From IMG/VR virus record IMGVR_UViG_3300025011_000016: a stretch of DNA of 64,000 nucleotides; one strand, written 5' to 3'. The stretch comes from a virus (taxonomy: Duplodnaviria > Caudoviricetes). This document shows, in pieces, positions 51,213-61,335 of the stretch. The translations under genes were made by a program, and so were the position numbers. The number at the start of each line of letters is the position of its first letter. Position 1 is the stretch's first letter. The notes beneath the pieces were generated by a model. That model made no database searches. It was not told where the DNA came from and worked only from the letters and a program-made list of their open reading frames with translations.

Positions 51213-52020
51213 TACTAAAGAAACCCCATATGTGTAATCTCATACACATATGGGGTTTCTTTTATGTTTAAGCCAATAATGGTCATTTAAATTGTTAATA
51301 GATATTCTCATCTTAATGAAAATATGTATTAAATACCTAAAACACTTTTAACCATTTTTATTTGAGTAATATTAAAGTTTACTCAAATCCTCCGATAGTA
51401 TCGCCTTCTAAAATAATATCTTCGCCTTCATCCATAGAGGGCTACATATATTATAAGTAGATACGCGGGCAAACACACCATCAGTTTTCTATATCAAACT
51501 AAGAAACTAACATATTTTGTACATGATATAGAGCGTCAACAACTATGTTATATTTCCTTCTACACGTTCAGTAATTATGTCTTAAATATCAAATATTTAT
51601 CTACGTCTAAACAACTTTATATTACAATCTCTAAACTATATACCCTTCCTACTCAGTAAATTGAATAAATGATATTTATACGATTAGTATAGAGGTTAGA
51701 AACTCCACATATTAATTATAATATATGCAGCTTTTCACCACCTTCCCTAGTAAGAATTGTATAATACTTTAATTAAGTATCGTTACAAACTTAAGAGGGG
51801 CCTCACCACCTTTCTATATATAATATAGTAGGTTAGTGATAAGGGTTAATAATAAGGCTTTGCTATATAATCACCTTCATTTCTGTTAACTATTATTGTG
51901 GTGACACATTATAACCATCCTTTCTTATTTTATAATACTTATATTAGTATAATATATATTTTAATTATCTTAAAATACGATAATGAGATAGAGCTATGTT
52001 TTACACATAGCTCTATCTCA

Positions 52021-55000
52021 TTAATCATTTTCGAAACGTGTCATCATATATAGTGTATGAACACCCTCATTGGTTGTCTTTCTCATATTACTACCAGCGA
52101 TATTTAGAATATGAGCTTTAGATGTCATAATTTCAATAGCTTCTTTATTAGCTTCTTGACTAAATAAACCCTTTACTGTAACCTGATCCAAAATATTCAT
52201 ATAGATATTTAATCCATACAGTTCTCTTATGAACTTCCCTATATTAATATAGGATATTAGACTATCTCTTCAATAGAATAAATCTATTGTTTTCCCATTT
52301 CGATATATAACTATATCTACGAATTACTTCTAGTCGTTGAACCTTTCTCTTATATAAGAGACTTGGCTGCGGATTGTCCAATCTTCCATTAAAGAAGCTA
52401 TAAGGAGTTTCCCGACAGTTAAGGAAAATACGGCAATACAATGACCGTCGTACATGTAAACTCCATATTTTCATATGGCATGGACTATATCTTCACCGTA
52501 TAATAATAAATTATTAATTAGGTGTCCTGCACTTCCCAACTAACCCACAAATTAGTCAGTACACTACTAACTACTATATAATTATATGATAGTAATTTTC
52601 GTTAGTCTCTACATCTTCTCTAATTAATTTACATATTTTCACATATTGTAATTTTAACATGGGGGTTTTTATTTTGGGTGTATCATTTAGTTTAGACTCT
52701 ATTTTAATCAATATTTCATTACGGGAATTTTTATCACAATAGAATACAAAATATCCTTGAATAATACGTCCAAATCGAACCGCATGAGTTACAGAACTTT
52801 TATTACTATCTATTGAATCAGCAAATGACTTCGCTCCTTGGAATATATGAAATAACCCATCTTTAAATGCAATTATAGGTTTAGATTTATCTCGTTTAGT
52901 TTGTTCAGAATGTCTAAATAATTTTGTACTTTCACTCATCTTATATTTAGACTCACTATTCATAGTTCCACCGACCCCACCTGTTTTCTTATTATATCCA
53001 ATATTAGGATCATTTGCTTTTAAAGTTGATATCCAATATACCTCTTTTTCGTTCATTTCATTTTTAGAGGTGCATGTGTCTATTATACTGCAATCAAAAT
53101 TATTAAATCCATATTCATTAACTATTTTTATAATATGATATAAATTCGATTTCCTATTAAGCTTTTTATACTTATAATCCTTAAGTCGTGAATGTAGATT
53201 TATTGTCTGACCAATATAAATTTTACCATCTATATTATTTCTCAACATATATATTACACCAAAATGTTTTTTCGATTCAATTATTAGATCATCATTATAC
53301 ATAATAACCCCCCTTATTATATATAAGTTAGTATAAAAGTATTTTTTTACAATATATGAATTTCGTAAATCAATTAAAGCTTGACACGGTATTTCCAGCT
53401 ATCCATATTTCAGGACCTTAGGTTCTCTTACGAAGCTTATTCGTCAATGCTTATTTCACTTCTACCGTTAGCATGAGTATTGTGATACCCATACACCGCC
53501 TGTTAAGCGTTCACAGGATTTTTAACTAAGCTATTTCTAGCAAAGGGAGACAACAACTTTTATCTCCGTTTAAACCAGGTAGATATAAATTTGACATACT
53601 CACAGTATCTGCAAATAGAGTGGATATTTCTTCTTTAGGTAAACTAAGATCGATCCTAGGATAATTCGTATAGACTCTATTTCCAATAAACATCGGTATA
53701 GTTTGGTGGGTACTTAGGACTGATATTTTGTTAGGAAAGCTACTGAAATAATCTGAAATAGGATATCTCGTAACGAATACCATTTTATCTGATGTAACAT
53801 CAACTGCCGCTTGATATAAAATATCACACCAAGTTGCCTTCCTTTGTACTAAGGGAGATTCAGTTTCAGGAACCCCTGGTTTATAATCTTTTCCTATAAA
53901 TCGCATATATAATTTCTTCCCATCAGATCTAGGTTCCTCGACGGGAAGTTCAATTGGTGTAAATCTATCGGATACACTAAATATGAATCTATCAATTTGT
54001 TTTTTAAGATATTCTTCGTTGAAATATAATGAGGGATCTTTTAATTTCACATATCCCATGGAACCGTCCGGATTTCTTACAGGATACTTATTACCAACCT
54101 TCTCTAATTCTCTATGGAAGAAATTTTTAACCCAATTTATTATAAATGGTGTAAATAATGAACATGTTTGTGCAAGAGGAATACCAACATGATAAAAATC
54201 TATTTGCATCTCAGATGGTTTATTTGCTTTGAATATAGGTGCAGAAATTCGTTTATTCATATAGAATATAACTCTATACAGTTCTCTCATGAACTTCCCT
54301 AATTTTCATTAGGATACTAGACTATATCTTCAGGAAATTAAGAATTCCTGAACTCCCATTTCAATACAATAATGTATCTAACTCACGGTAAATTAATATA
54401 ACCATATTTCCGTGTGATAGTCGTTGAACCTTATTCTATTAGATAGAATCTTGGCTGCGGATTGTCCAAACTTAAACATTGTTACTTTAAGTGGTTTAAG
54501 TTCTAAGGAGATTCCCGACAATTAAGGAGCTACGTGCAGTAAATCCACACTCCTCGATCCGAAATCAACCGATTTACCCATTAAATTTTTTCTAATTAAT
54601 CCATTCTTCTTTTCTATTCTACCTTTGAGCAAATCATAAATTTCTACTAAGACTTCCTGAACCTTAGCCCTAGTTCCATTAAGTACAAAATCAAAATTAT
54701 TGGAGTTCCTCAACACAGTTGCGAATCTTAATAATTTAGCGTACTTATCATTGATCTCATGATGACTAATCTTACCCTGTGTTGCTGATTGTAAATTAAC
54801 ATCACGATAGAATGCTGGCACTACAATCCAGTACTCAGTAAATAAAGTATCTTTATCATACGATCTCAGCAAGTCAATTCTTTCACTACGTATAGAACTG
54901 GCATTCTTTTCAAAGTTTATTTTTTCCCAATTTTTATATAAGAATTCTAATCCAGTCTCACCAGATTCCTCAGCTTCAACCAATTGTCCATTTTTATCTA

Positions 55001-55271
55001 TTATAAAATTCTTTGATCCATATACAATAGATTGAAAATTTCTATTCATACGTTTTAATAACTTATAAACAAATGGGTGTAAGAAGTGCCCATTTAGTTT
55101 AATATAAGCATAAGTTTCTCGTCGTTCATTAACAGATACACCGAATATATTTGTAGATAGTAAACCACCAGATGTTGGTATACTACCTTTTTCAAATATT
55201 ATGATTTCAGTGATTTCTTGTAATGAATTAACTTGAATAAACTTCTTAATTGGTATTAAATCAATCTTCAT
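52021..55271 (-). CDS. Non-virion RNA polymerase beta' N-terminal (catalytic) subunit, four exons (55271..54547, 54249..53562, 52452..52444, 52188..52021), about 529 aa
   Basis: GLLSTNIFG, GLIRKNLMGKSVDFGSRSV|ISAP, TRYP, catalytic LNGD|YDG|DQVT. Exon sum 1590 nt. Confidence 0.9.
52189..52443 (-). ncRNA. ORF-less group I intron (beta'N intron 3, 255 nt)
   Basis: P1 ACGGT/GCCGT; core motifs present; ends GAATATTTTG. Confidence 0.9.
52453..53561 (-). mobile_element. Group I intron of a different sequence family, carrying a GIY-YIG endonuclease (beta'N intron 2, 1109 nt)
   Basis: P1 GGAGAT/GTCTCC (6 bp); P10 GTTGT with exon ACGAC; GACTA and GAAGATATAGTCC; lacks the family P3/P9 motifs. Confidence 0.85.
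52574..53302 (-). CDS. GIY-YIG homing endonuclease
   Basis: GVIYMLRNNIDGKIYIGQT...R, E and GYN motifs; NUMOD3-like RHSEQTK. Confidence 0.9.
   Translation of the reverse strand: MYNDDLIIESKKHFGVIYMLRNNIDGKIYIGQTINLHSRLKDYKYKKLNRKSNLYHIIKIVNEYGFNNFDCSIIDTCTSKNEMNEKEVYWISTLKANDPNIGYNKKTGGVGGTMNSESKYKMSESTKLFRHSEQTKRDKSKPIIAFKDGLFHIFQGAKSFADSIDSNKSSVTHAVRFGRIIQGYFVFYCDKNSRNEILIKIESKLNDTPKIKTPMLKLQYVKICKLIREDVETNENYYHIII
54250..54546 (-). ncRNA. ORF-less group I intron (beta'N intron 1, 297 nt)
   Basis: P1 GTGT/GCAC; core motifs present; ends GAATAAACG. Confidence 0.9.
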
Positions 55272-55641
55272 ATATTTCTTGCTCCTCGGAAATATTTTTA
55301 TTCATTATAGAAATATCTATTTTGTTTGAACTCTTAATGACATCTAGAGTAAAATATTTAGCGTGAATGTAAGTATTAGAACCCAATTCTGTTTTTAATG
55401 TCTTATTGAAATTATTTAATAATGGTTTTGTTTTAAAATGTATATATATTAGAAGTTTATCAGTCTGTTCATTACAGATTATCTTCTCTACATTTTTTAA
55501 ACATAGATTTCTTATTAATGAATAAAAGAATTTAAATTTCTCATAATGATAATTCAAGATGTTTTCAAATAGAGAACAGTCTGACAATTCAGACTTTGTT
55601 AATTGATTGAATATAATGATCATATCGTTTTCCATTCTCAC
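55261..55641 (-). CDS. Hypothetical protein
   Basis: GGGGAG RBS; overlaps the beta'N start. Confidence 0.55.
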   Translation of the reverse strand: MRMENDMIIIFNQLTKSELSDCSLFENILNYHYEKFKFFYSLIRNLCLKNVEKIICNEQTDKLLIYIHFKTKPLLNNFNKTLKTELGSNTYIHAKYFTLDVIKSSNKIDISIMNKNISEEQEIYED

Positions 55642-55682
55642 TCCCCCTTACTTTTTTACTACCAACAGGCTGGGGATCTATA

Positions 55683-55877
55683 TTACTTTCGCAATATAGA
55701 TTGTCTGGCTTGTTCACTCTTCATCCTTTCTGCTTCTTTCTTTCGTTCCTCTTCTATTTCTTCCCGTTCTCGTTTAAGACGCTCTATTCTAGTTTCCCTC
55801 ATAATAAGGGCCTCTCGATACGATAATTTATATTTAAAATCATCCATATCAAGCTGCCCTTTATAAAGTTCAAGCAT
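55683..55877 (-). CDS. Small charged coiled-coil protein
   Basis: Follows the hub-like gene, as small partner genes do in T4-like baseplate clusters. Confidence 0.45.
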   Translation of the reverse strand: MLELYKGQLDMDDFKYKLSYREALIMRETRIERLKREREEIEEERKKEAERMKSEQARQSILRK

Positions 55878-55903
55878 CTCATCCAGAAAGGCATAGAATT
55901 GTT

Positions 55904-57436
55904 TTATTCGACTTTTGTACTCATTGCCTGTTGATATTTGTAAAAAAGTATGGCTTCTAAATCCATTGGTAAGGATTGAGTGTGATATTTACAATTAGGA
56001 CATTGAACATTCATTAAACCGAATTCGAAACTCAATCCTTCTAGGATAGAATCTCCTTGTTTTGTCAAGATGATAATATCATTGTCAGTAAGGGAATAAA
56101 TCACTTTGGCAATTTCGAATGCCCCTTCAATCTCATAATATTCCTCTTCATTATCTGGATCGGGTATAAACATCTTATTTACGACAGATGATAAAACAGA
56201 GGCTTGATTATATTTAACCTCTTTATTTTCTGATAATTCCTTGATAGATTTATTAATAAAGTCATATGCCGACTGTACGAACACATCTACTATAATACCA
56301 CTTACTGGTAATTTAATAGTTTTCGTATTACTAACCGGAGCTTCTGCATAATGTGATTTGGCGCTTTCAACTGAATGTGATGCATCAATTGTGCTGGAAA
56401 CTGTGTGCTTCATAGCTTCAGTCATTTTCTCAGCCCGGATTAATGATTTTACCGAATAAAGATGACTGAATTCTGTAGGACATTTTTCACACTTCAATGT
56501 GATTTTATCATCATCTGGATAAGTTGCACATAGTAAACCATATAAGAATATGTTATAATCAATGGCCGCAGTATGGTGGAGGAAATCATTGTATTCCATC
56601 TTACCAATACTGGTATCTTCTATTTTAGAATGGATCAATGACCATTTCTTTTCAGTATCTAACAATGCATTTTGAGAATCGTTCATTAACGCCATTACTT
56701 CATACGTTGAACATCCTCGTATCGTGGCCGTATAACCGGATGCTAATAATACTATAGGGGTTGAATGTATATTAGAATGTCTTTTGATAAGAGTTTCAAG
56801 ACCGTCTTTTTTCTTAATCTTTTTACTCTTAATAGTTTTCAGACTTATCGTTTCAACTTCTTCAAGTATGATCTTTTTAGCCCGTTCAAGTTTATCTCTT
56901 TCAGCATCTGTGAAATTAATTACATTACCCATTCCGGTTTTATCAATAATAACTACTGCTTCATTATAAGTGCGATCAAATTCATCTTGTGTCATTTCAT
57001 CCGACTCTTCGTCATCATCTAATTTCTTCTGTTTAGCTTCCTCTTCCTTTTTGGCTATAATCTCGGCTGTATCTTTATCATATTCCTGCATATATTCACC
57101 AATACTATCCATCACATCGTATGATAAGCCAGGAGGTGCTGGTGCTTTTTGCACTTGCTGATCCAATTCATTCGTGTTAATAACAAGACCTGGACCATCA
57201 TATGATTCTTGGTTTTTATCAGATAAACTTACCCCATCATTAGGCAGTTGTGGGATATCAGTATTAACAACTACTGGTTGGTGTATTTTAATACCTGAAG
57301 CCCAATCACTTCCAATGGATACTGTAAGATCCTCATCAGTATCAGTTGGTTTAGTTATCTGAGTTGCAGTTTTTTTTAGCTGGCTTAAATCCATCCCAGT
57401 ATCTCTTAATACATTTTCGTCATCCATACCACTCAA
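55904..57436 (-). CDS. Baseplate hub assembly protein (T4 gp26-like C-terminal part)
   Basis: YGLLCATYPD..ITLKCEKC and VQCPNC zinc motifs after an acidic N-terminus; next to a gp25-like gene. Confidence 0.6.
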   Translation of the reverse strand: MSGMDDENVLRDTGMDLSQLKKTATQITKPTDTDEDLTVSIGSDWASGIKIHQPVVVNTDIPQLPNDGVSLSDKNQESYDGPGLVINTNELDQQVQKAPAPPGLSYDVMDSIGEYMQEYDKDTAEIIAKKEEEAKQKKLDDDEESDEMTQDEFDRTYNEAVVIIDKTGMGNVINFTDAERDKLERAKKIILEEVETISLKTIKSKKIKKKDGLETLIKRHSNIHSTPIVLLASGYTATIRGCSTYEVMALMNDSQNALLDTEKKWSLIHSKIEDTSIGKMEYNDFLHHTAAIDYNIFLYGLLCATYPDDDKITLKCEKCPTEFSHLYSVKSLIRAEKMTEAMKHTVSSTIDASHSVESAKSHYAEAPVSNTKTIKLPVSGIIVDVFVQSAYDFINKSIKELSENKEVKYNQASVLSSVVNKMFIPDPDNEEEYYEIEGAFEIAKVIYSLTDNDIIILTKQGDSILEGLSFEFGLMNVQCPNCKYHTQSLPMDLEAILFYKYQQAMSTKVE

Positions 57437-57456
57437 TTTAAATCCCCCTTATTATT

Positions 57457-57906
57457 TTAATTCGCGGTATTATCAAATTGATAATTAAACAATGTTTCAC
57501 CCGCAGAATTTTTACCAAAACCGAAAAGAACATCAGTTGTAACACCATCAATGATTATAGGAATTACAATGATTAAGACAGATTTCTCATTATAAGATGC
57601 AACAAAAGCTTTTACTTCACCCAGATTTAAATATGGAACTAAAGCATTACATTGATTATATATTTTTTCTTTTAGTTCTTCGGCATCGATTTGTTCTTCA
57701 AACTTATATAGATATGATCTGATATTAATACCAATCCATGGTAAACTTGGAATATTTCCAGGACGTAAAAAGAATAAGTTTAATAAAACCTGAACTATAG
57801 AATCTTTACTACTTAAAACTTTTTGTTGTTGAAAATTATCTAGACCAAAAACAATTTCCGATCCGAAACCTGCCAATATAAAATCACCTCCTCTGAGCAT
57901 ATACAA
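57457..57906 (-). CDS. Baseplate wedge protein, T4 gp25-like
   Basis: LFFLRPGNIPSLPWIGINIRSYLY pattern. Confidence 0.65.
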   Translation of the reverse strand: MYMLRGGDFILAGFGSEIVFGLDNFQQQKVLSSKDSIVQVLLNLFFLRPGNIPSLPWIGINIRSYLYKFEEQIDAEELKEKIYNQCNALVPYLNLGEVKAFVASYNEKSVLIIVIPIIIDGVTTDVLFGFGKNSAGETLFNYQFDNTAN

Positions 57907-57994
57907 ATACTGTATTATTTATTAATATGTATTCGAAATTAGATAGAATTAAGGATTAAGCTTATTAATACAAAAAAAATAGCCTTAGCTATTT

Positions 57995-58705
57995 TTATGC
58001 GATATTAATCTCATCACTCATAATAACTTCATTATATTTATTCTTACCACCTAATTCACTTATCTGAGTATCATAGTATTCATTTAATTCTTTCATATAT
58101 TTATGTATATATCCACTCATTTCAATTTCATCGATAATATTAATACCTTGCTGTATTATCACACAAACTGATAATGGTAATACAGTTGCACCAGTAAACC
58201 ATAATACACCTGAAGAAAATCCCGTTCCGGCAATACTTGATAATGTAGTAAATATACCTTTCCGTGATGATAAGTAAGTAACATCTTCAACATGCTTAGC
58301 ATCCATTATTATGGTTTCTACTCTAGATTCAATACCATTTATTAAACCCATAAGTGGATTGAGAAACATAAAGATGAACATCATTAAAAATAAATATTTA
58401 AACCCAGTTGTTAATACGATTGACAGGTATATTAGATTAAGTACAACTAAACAATATTTCATTTTAGTATAATATGGAAGAATTCTTTTCTGCCATTCAA
58501 GAGAACGGGTTCGACTATTGGTTAAATATGTTGTCCATATTAAAGATACTCCTTGTGAAGACATTTGAATTAATTGAAATAGAATAAGGCCTGTTATGAT
58601 ATTATCGAATATTAATTTAGCTATAGACATTGATACAAAAGCATTAAAGAATATTTGTAGACATTGTAGGGAAGTTCTCCGTTTAAAGAATTCTTTTTTA
58701 GTCAT
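57995..58705 (-). CDS. Multi-pass membrane protein
   Basis: Five to six hydrophobic segments; AGAGGT RBS; TATATATTAT box at 58737..58746. Confidence 0.7.
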   Translation of the reverse strand: MTKKEFFKRRTSLQCLQIFFNAFVSMSIAKLIFDNIITGLILFQLIQMSSQGVSLIWTTYLTNSRTRSLEWQKRILPYYTKMKYCLVVLNLIYLSIVLTTGFKYLFLMMFIFMFLNPLMGLINGIESRVETIIMDAKHVEDVTYLSSRKGIFTTLSSIAGTGFSSGVLWFTGATVLPLSVCVIIQQGINIIDEIEMSGYIHKYMKELNEYYDTQISELGGKNKYNEVIMSDEINIA

Positions 58706-58799
58706 TTTAACTACCTCTTTCTATTAATCTATGAGTATAATATATAGTTAAATACATTGAGTATACGATTCCCATAAATGTAGAAAACAAATACTTAAT

Positions 58800-59630
58800 A
58801 TGAAATCTAAGGATGGTGGATTTTTAATGAGTATAAAATGTCCTATCTGTAATGGTAAATTTAATGAATTGGAAGATGTCTATAGTCATATTGATGAGGA
58901 ACATAATGAATCTATACCTAAAAATTATATACCACAACAATATTATTATGCATTGAAAACTGGTAGAGAACATGGTGATTGTATAATATGTAAAAACTCA
59001 ACTAGATGGAATCCGATAACTGGTAAATATAATAGGTTTTGTGATGTGCCTGAGCGTAAATGTAAAATTAAATATCGAGATATATTTAAACAAAGAATGA
59101 TCGGTAAATACGGTAAGATTCATTTATTAAATAGTCCAGATCAACAAAAAAAAATGTTAGCCAATAGGAGTATATCAGGTGAGTATATTTGGACCGATAA
59201 TACAAAAATGATATATACTGGTACTTATGAATTAGACTTTTTAAAGTTACTTGATATATTGATGGAGTGGGATTCAAACGATATTATGAGCCCAAGTCCT
59301 CACCAATATTATTATGAATATGAAGGACAAACGAAATTTTATTTTCCGGATGTATTTATACCATCACTTAATCTTGAGATTGAAATAAAATCGGGTGAGG
59401 GTAACAGAAACGCCCACCCGAAGATTAAAGCTGTGGATGATGTCAAGGAGAAACTAAAAGATGAAATTCTTATGAGCCAAAAAGAATTTAGTTATATTAA
59501 AATACTCAATAAGAATTATGAGCCTTTCTTTGAATTTCTTATGAAAAGTAAACAGAACTTTATTGAATCCAAAGATGGTGAAGTATCTAAACCTATATTT
59601 ATAGTCAGGGAATCGATTGAGGTAAATTGA
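58800..59630 (+). CDS. C2H2 zinc finger + PD-(D/E)XK nuclease (TnsA-N/T4 gp4-like)
   Basis: CPIC...HIDEEH; YFPDVFIPSLNLEIEIKS; late promoter 58786..58797. Confidence 0.7.
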   Translation: MKSKDGGFLMSIKCPICNGKFNELEDVYSHIDEEHNESIPKNYIPQQYYYALKTGREHGDCIICKNSTRWNPITGKYNRFCDVPERKCKIKYRDIFKQRMIGKYGKIHLLNSPDQQKKMLANRSISGEYIWTDNTKMIYTGTYELDFLKLLDILMEWDSNDIMSPSPHQYYYEYEGQTKFYFPDVFIPSLNLEIEIKSGEGNRNAHPKIKAVDDVKEKLKDEILMSQKEFSYIKILNKNYEPFFEFLMKSKQNFIESKDGEVSKPIFIVRESIEVN

Positions 59631-59759
59631 TGATTTATACTAAAGAAAAAGTAGATGCTATTGTTAGACAAATAACTCCCGATTTATAAAAAAAAATAAA
59701 TATTAGAGAATGAATAATATGGAATTAATTCCATATTATTCATTCTCTTAAGTAAAGGT

Positions 59760-60323
59760 TTATTCAACTATACCATAATGCCGCATGTATTTATCCCATA
59801 AGGCATTAACGTCTTTTGCAACATGATCATCAATTTTAAAACATTTACCAACATATGCTAATATGGTATTTAGATTACTTATACCAGACTCATCAAATTC
59901 TATGGAACAATCTTCATAGTTTATGAGGTTCTGATAACTGTATTTAGATTCCACCTGAACTGGATTTGCATTGATAACGAAGTCACATTTACCATTTATG
60001 TCATTCAGCCAGTTACTCTCAATGAAGAAGTGAACCTTCTTGATTTGCAACATACGCTGTAATCTACCTAATATTCCCATAACTGCGATTTTTGAAATAT
60101 GTTCATATGAATAACAAACCGGAATAGTTTCTACGATTTCATTTCTGTTACCTAATTGTCTAGCTACGTTCTTGTAATAGGATAATTCTTTAAAATTGAT
60201 TTTCATCTGTGGGCCACACTCCTCTTTATTTTTATATCTAACTAATCGTATAATATATAGATGAAAATGAACATGATTATCTGTTAAAGAGTTCGTAACC
60301 TGACACCTAATGCAACTTGCCAA
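59760..60323 (-). CDS. Abundant early-type protein, real start probably MKINF at about 60206
   Basis: AGAGGAG RBS; TATATATTAT box at 60250..60259. Confidence 0.6.
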   Translation of the reverse strand: MASCIRCQVTNSLTDNHVHFHLYIIRLVRYKNKEECGPQMKINFKELSYYKNVARQLGNRNEIVETIPVCYSYEHISKIAVMGILGRLQRMLQIKKVHFFIESNWLNDINGKCDFVINANPVQVESKYSYQNLINYEDCSIEFDESGISNLNTILAYVGKCFKIDDHVAKDVNALWDKYMRHYGIVE

Positions 60324-60458
60324 AACGTTAGCGATAATAATATATAATACTCTCTATATGTCCCAAAACTTTCACTAGATAAATGTATTCCCAATGCAAA
60401 GCTTTTAAATCTCCAGTTATTCATAAAACTACATACTATCGGAGAAACCTCATAATCA

Positions 60459-60845
60459 TCATTCATACAATAACCTCTTTCTTTTAAATCTTTTAATTTC
60501 ACTTCGTAATGTAATAATATTCTTTTCATTTAAATAATTGAATTCTTTCATATCCATCAAAACATTTTCTAAATCATCAATATATAATACATTATATGCA
60601 ATTAGTTTATCTATTAAATAAGAAGATATTACTAATTCATATATACTACCAGATATAAATTTATGTAAATCATCATTTGTGTTTAATCGCTTAGATGTTT
60701 TTGCTTTTGAAATCATACGTTTAATAATACATCCAATTTGAATTTTAGTTATATTAAATTCAGCAGAAATATTTTCCTTAGACTCACCTAAACTATATTT
60801 TTTAAATATTTGTAAATTTCGCCCATATAAATTATCACGTGACAT
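60459..60845 (-). CDS. HTH + RNAP alpha-CTD-like protein (paralog 2)
   Basis: RNLQIFKKYSLGESKENISAEFNIT (HTH); SIYELVISSYLIDKLIAYNVLYIDDL (alpha-CTD-like). Confidence 0.5.
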   Translation of the reverse strand: MSRDNLYGRNLQIFKKYSLGESKENISAEFNITKIQIGCIIKRMISKAKTSKRLNTNDDLHKFISGSIYELVISSYLIDKLIAYNVLYIDDLENVLMDMKEFNYLNEKNIITLRSEIKRFKRKRLLYE

Positions 60846-61221
60846 TTCTTAAACCTAAATTGTTCTTATATACTTCTAAACTACCCTTAATATTAATAAT
60901 GATATTTTTACTTAGATATTGATCGTTCTCGATATCAGGTAATTTACTTTCAAGATCATCAATAGTATATATACCTAGTCTGAATAATTTATTTACAGTT
61001 AAAGTAGATAAATTTAAATCTTGAATTGTTGATTTTAAGAAATTTGGCCCAGTTCCTTTTTTGTCTAGACTCTTATCTAATTTCACCCAAGTCATTTGTC
61101 TAACTATTTCATTGATCCTACAATGTGAAAGATTGAATGCTTCACATAACTCAATAACAGATTCTCCGGCGTTATACCTATCGATAATTTTTTTATTACG
61201 ATTTTTAAGTTTTGTTGACAT
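60835..61221 (-). CDS. HTH + RNAP alpha-CTD-like protein (paralog 1)
   Basis: RNKKIIDRYNAGESVIELCEAFNLSHCRINEI (HTH); TIQDLNLSTLTVNKLFRLGIYTIDDL resembles alpha-CTD IEELxLSVRxxNxLKRAGIxTxxDL. Confidence 0.6.
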   Translation of the reverse strand: MSTKLKNRNKKIIDRYNAGESVIELCEAFNLSHCRINEIVRQMTWVKLDKSLDKKGTGPNFLKSTIQDLNLSTLTVNKLFRLGIYTIDDLESKLPDIENDQYLSKNIIINIKGSLEVYKNNLGLRNVT

Positions 61222-61335
61222 TTTAACTCCTCCTAATTATTTATTCCAATCATATAATATATAGTTGAAACGTAACTTTAATTAAGTGTTATTACATTAA
61301 TAACACTTAATTAAAGTGGAGGTGAAATATTATTA

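Noticed and set aside
52262-52474. 70-aa minus-strand ORF
   Set aside because: It runs across intron 2's end, the 9-nt exon and intron 3's core; it is not a gene.
7296-55271. Stop-codon reassignment or frameshifting as the cause of fragmented terminase/RNAP genes
   Set aside because: Every break is explained by a group I intron with a frame-restoring junction; intron-free genes translate cleanly in code 11 and end in TAA, TAG or TGA.
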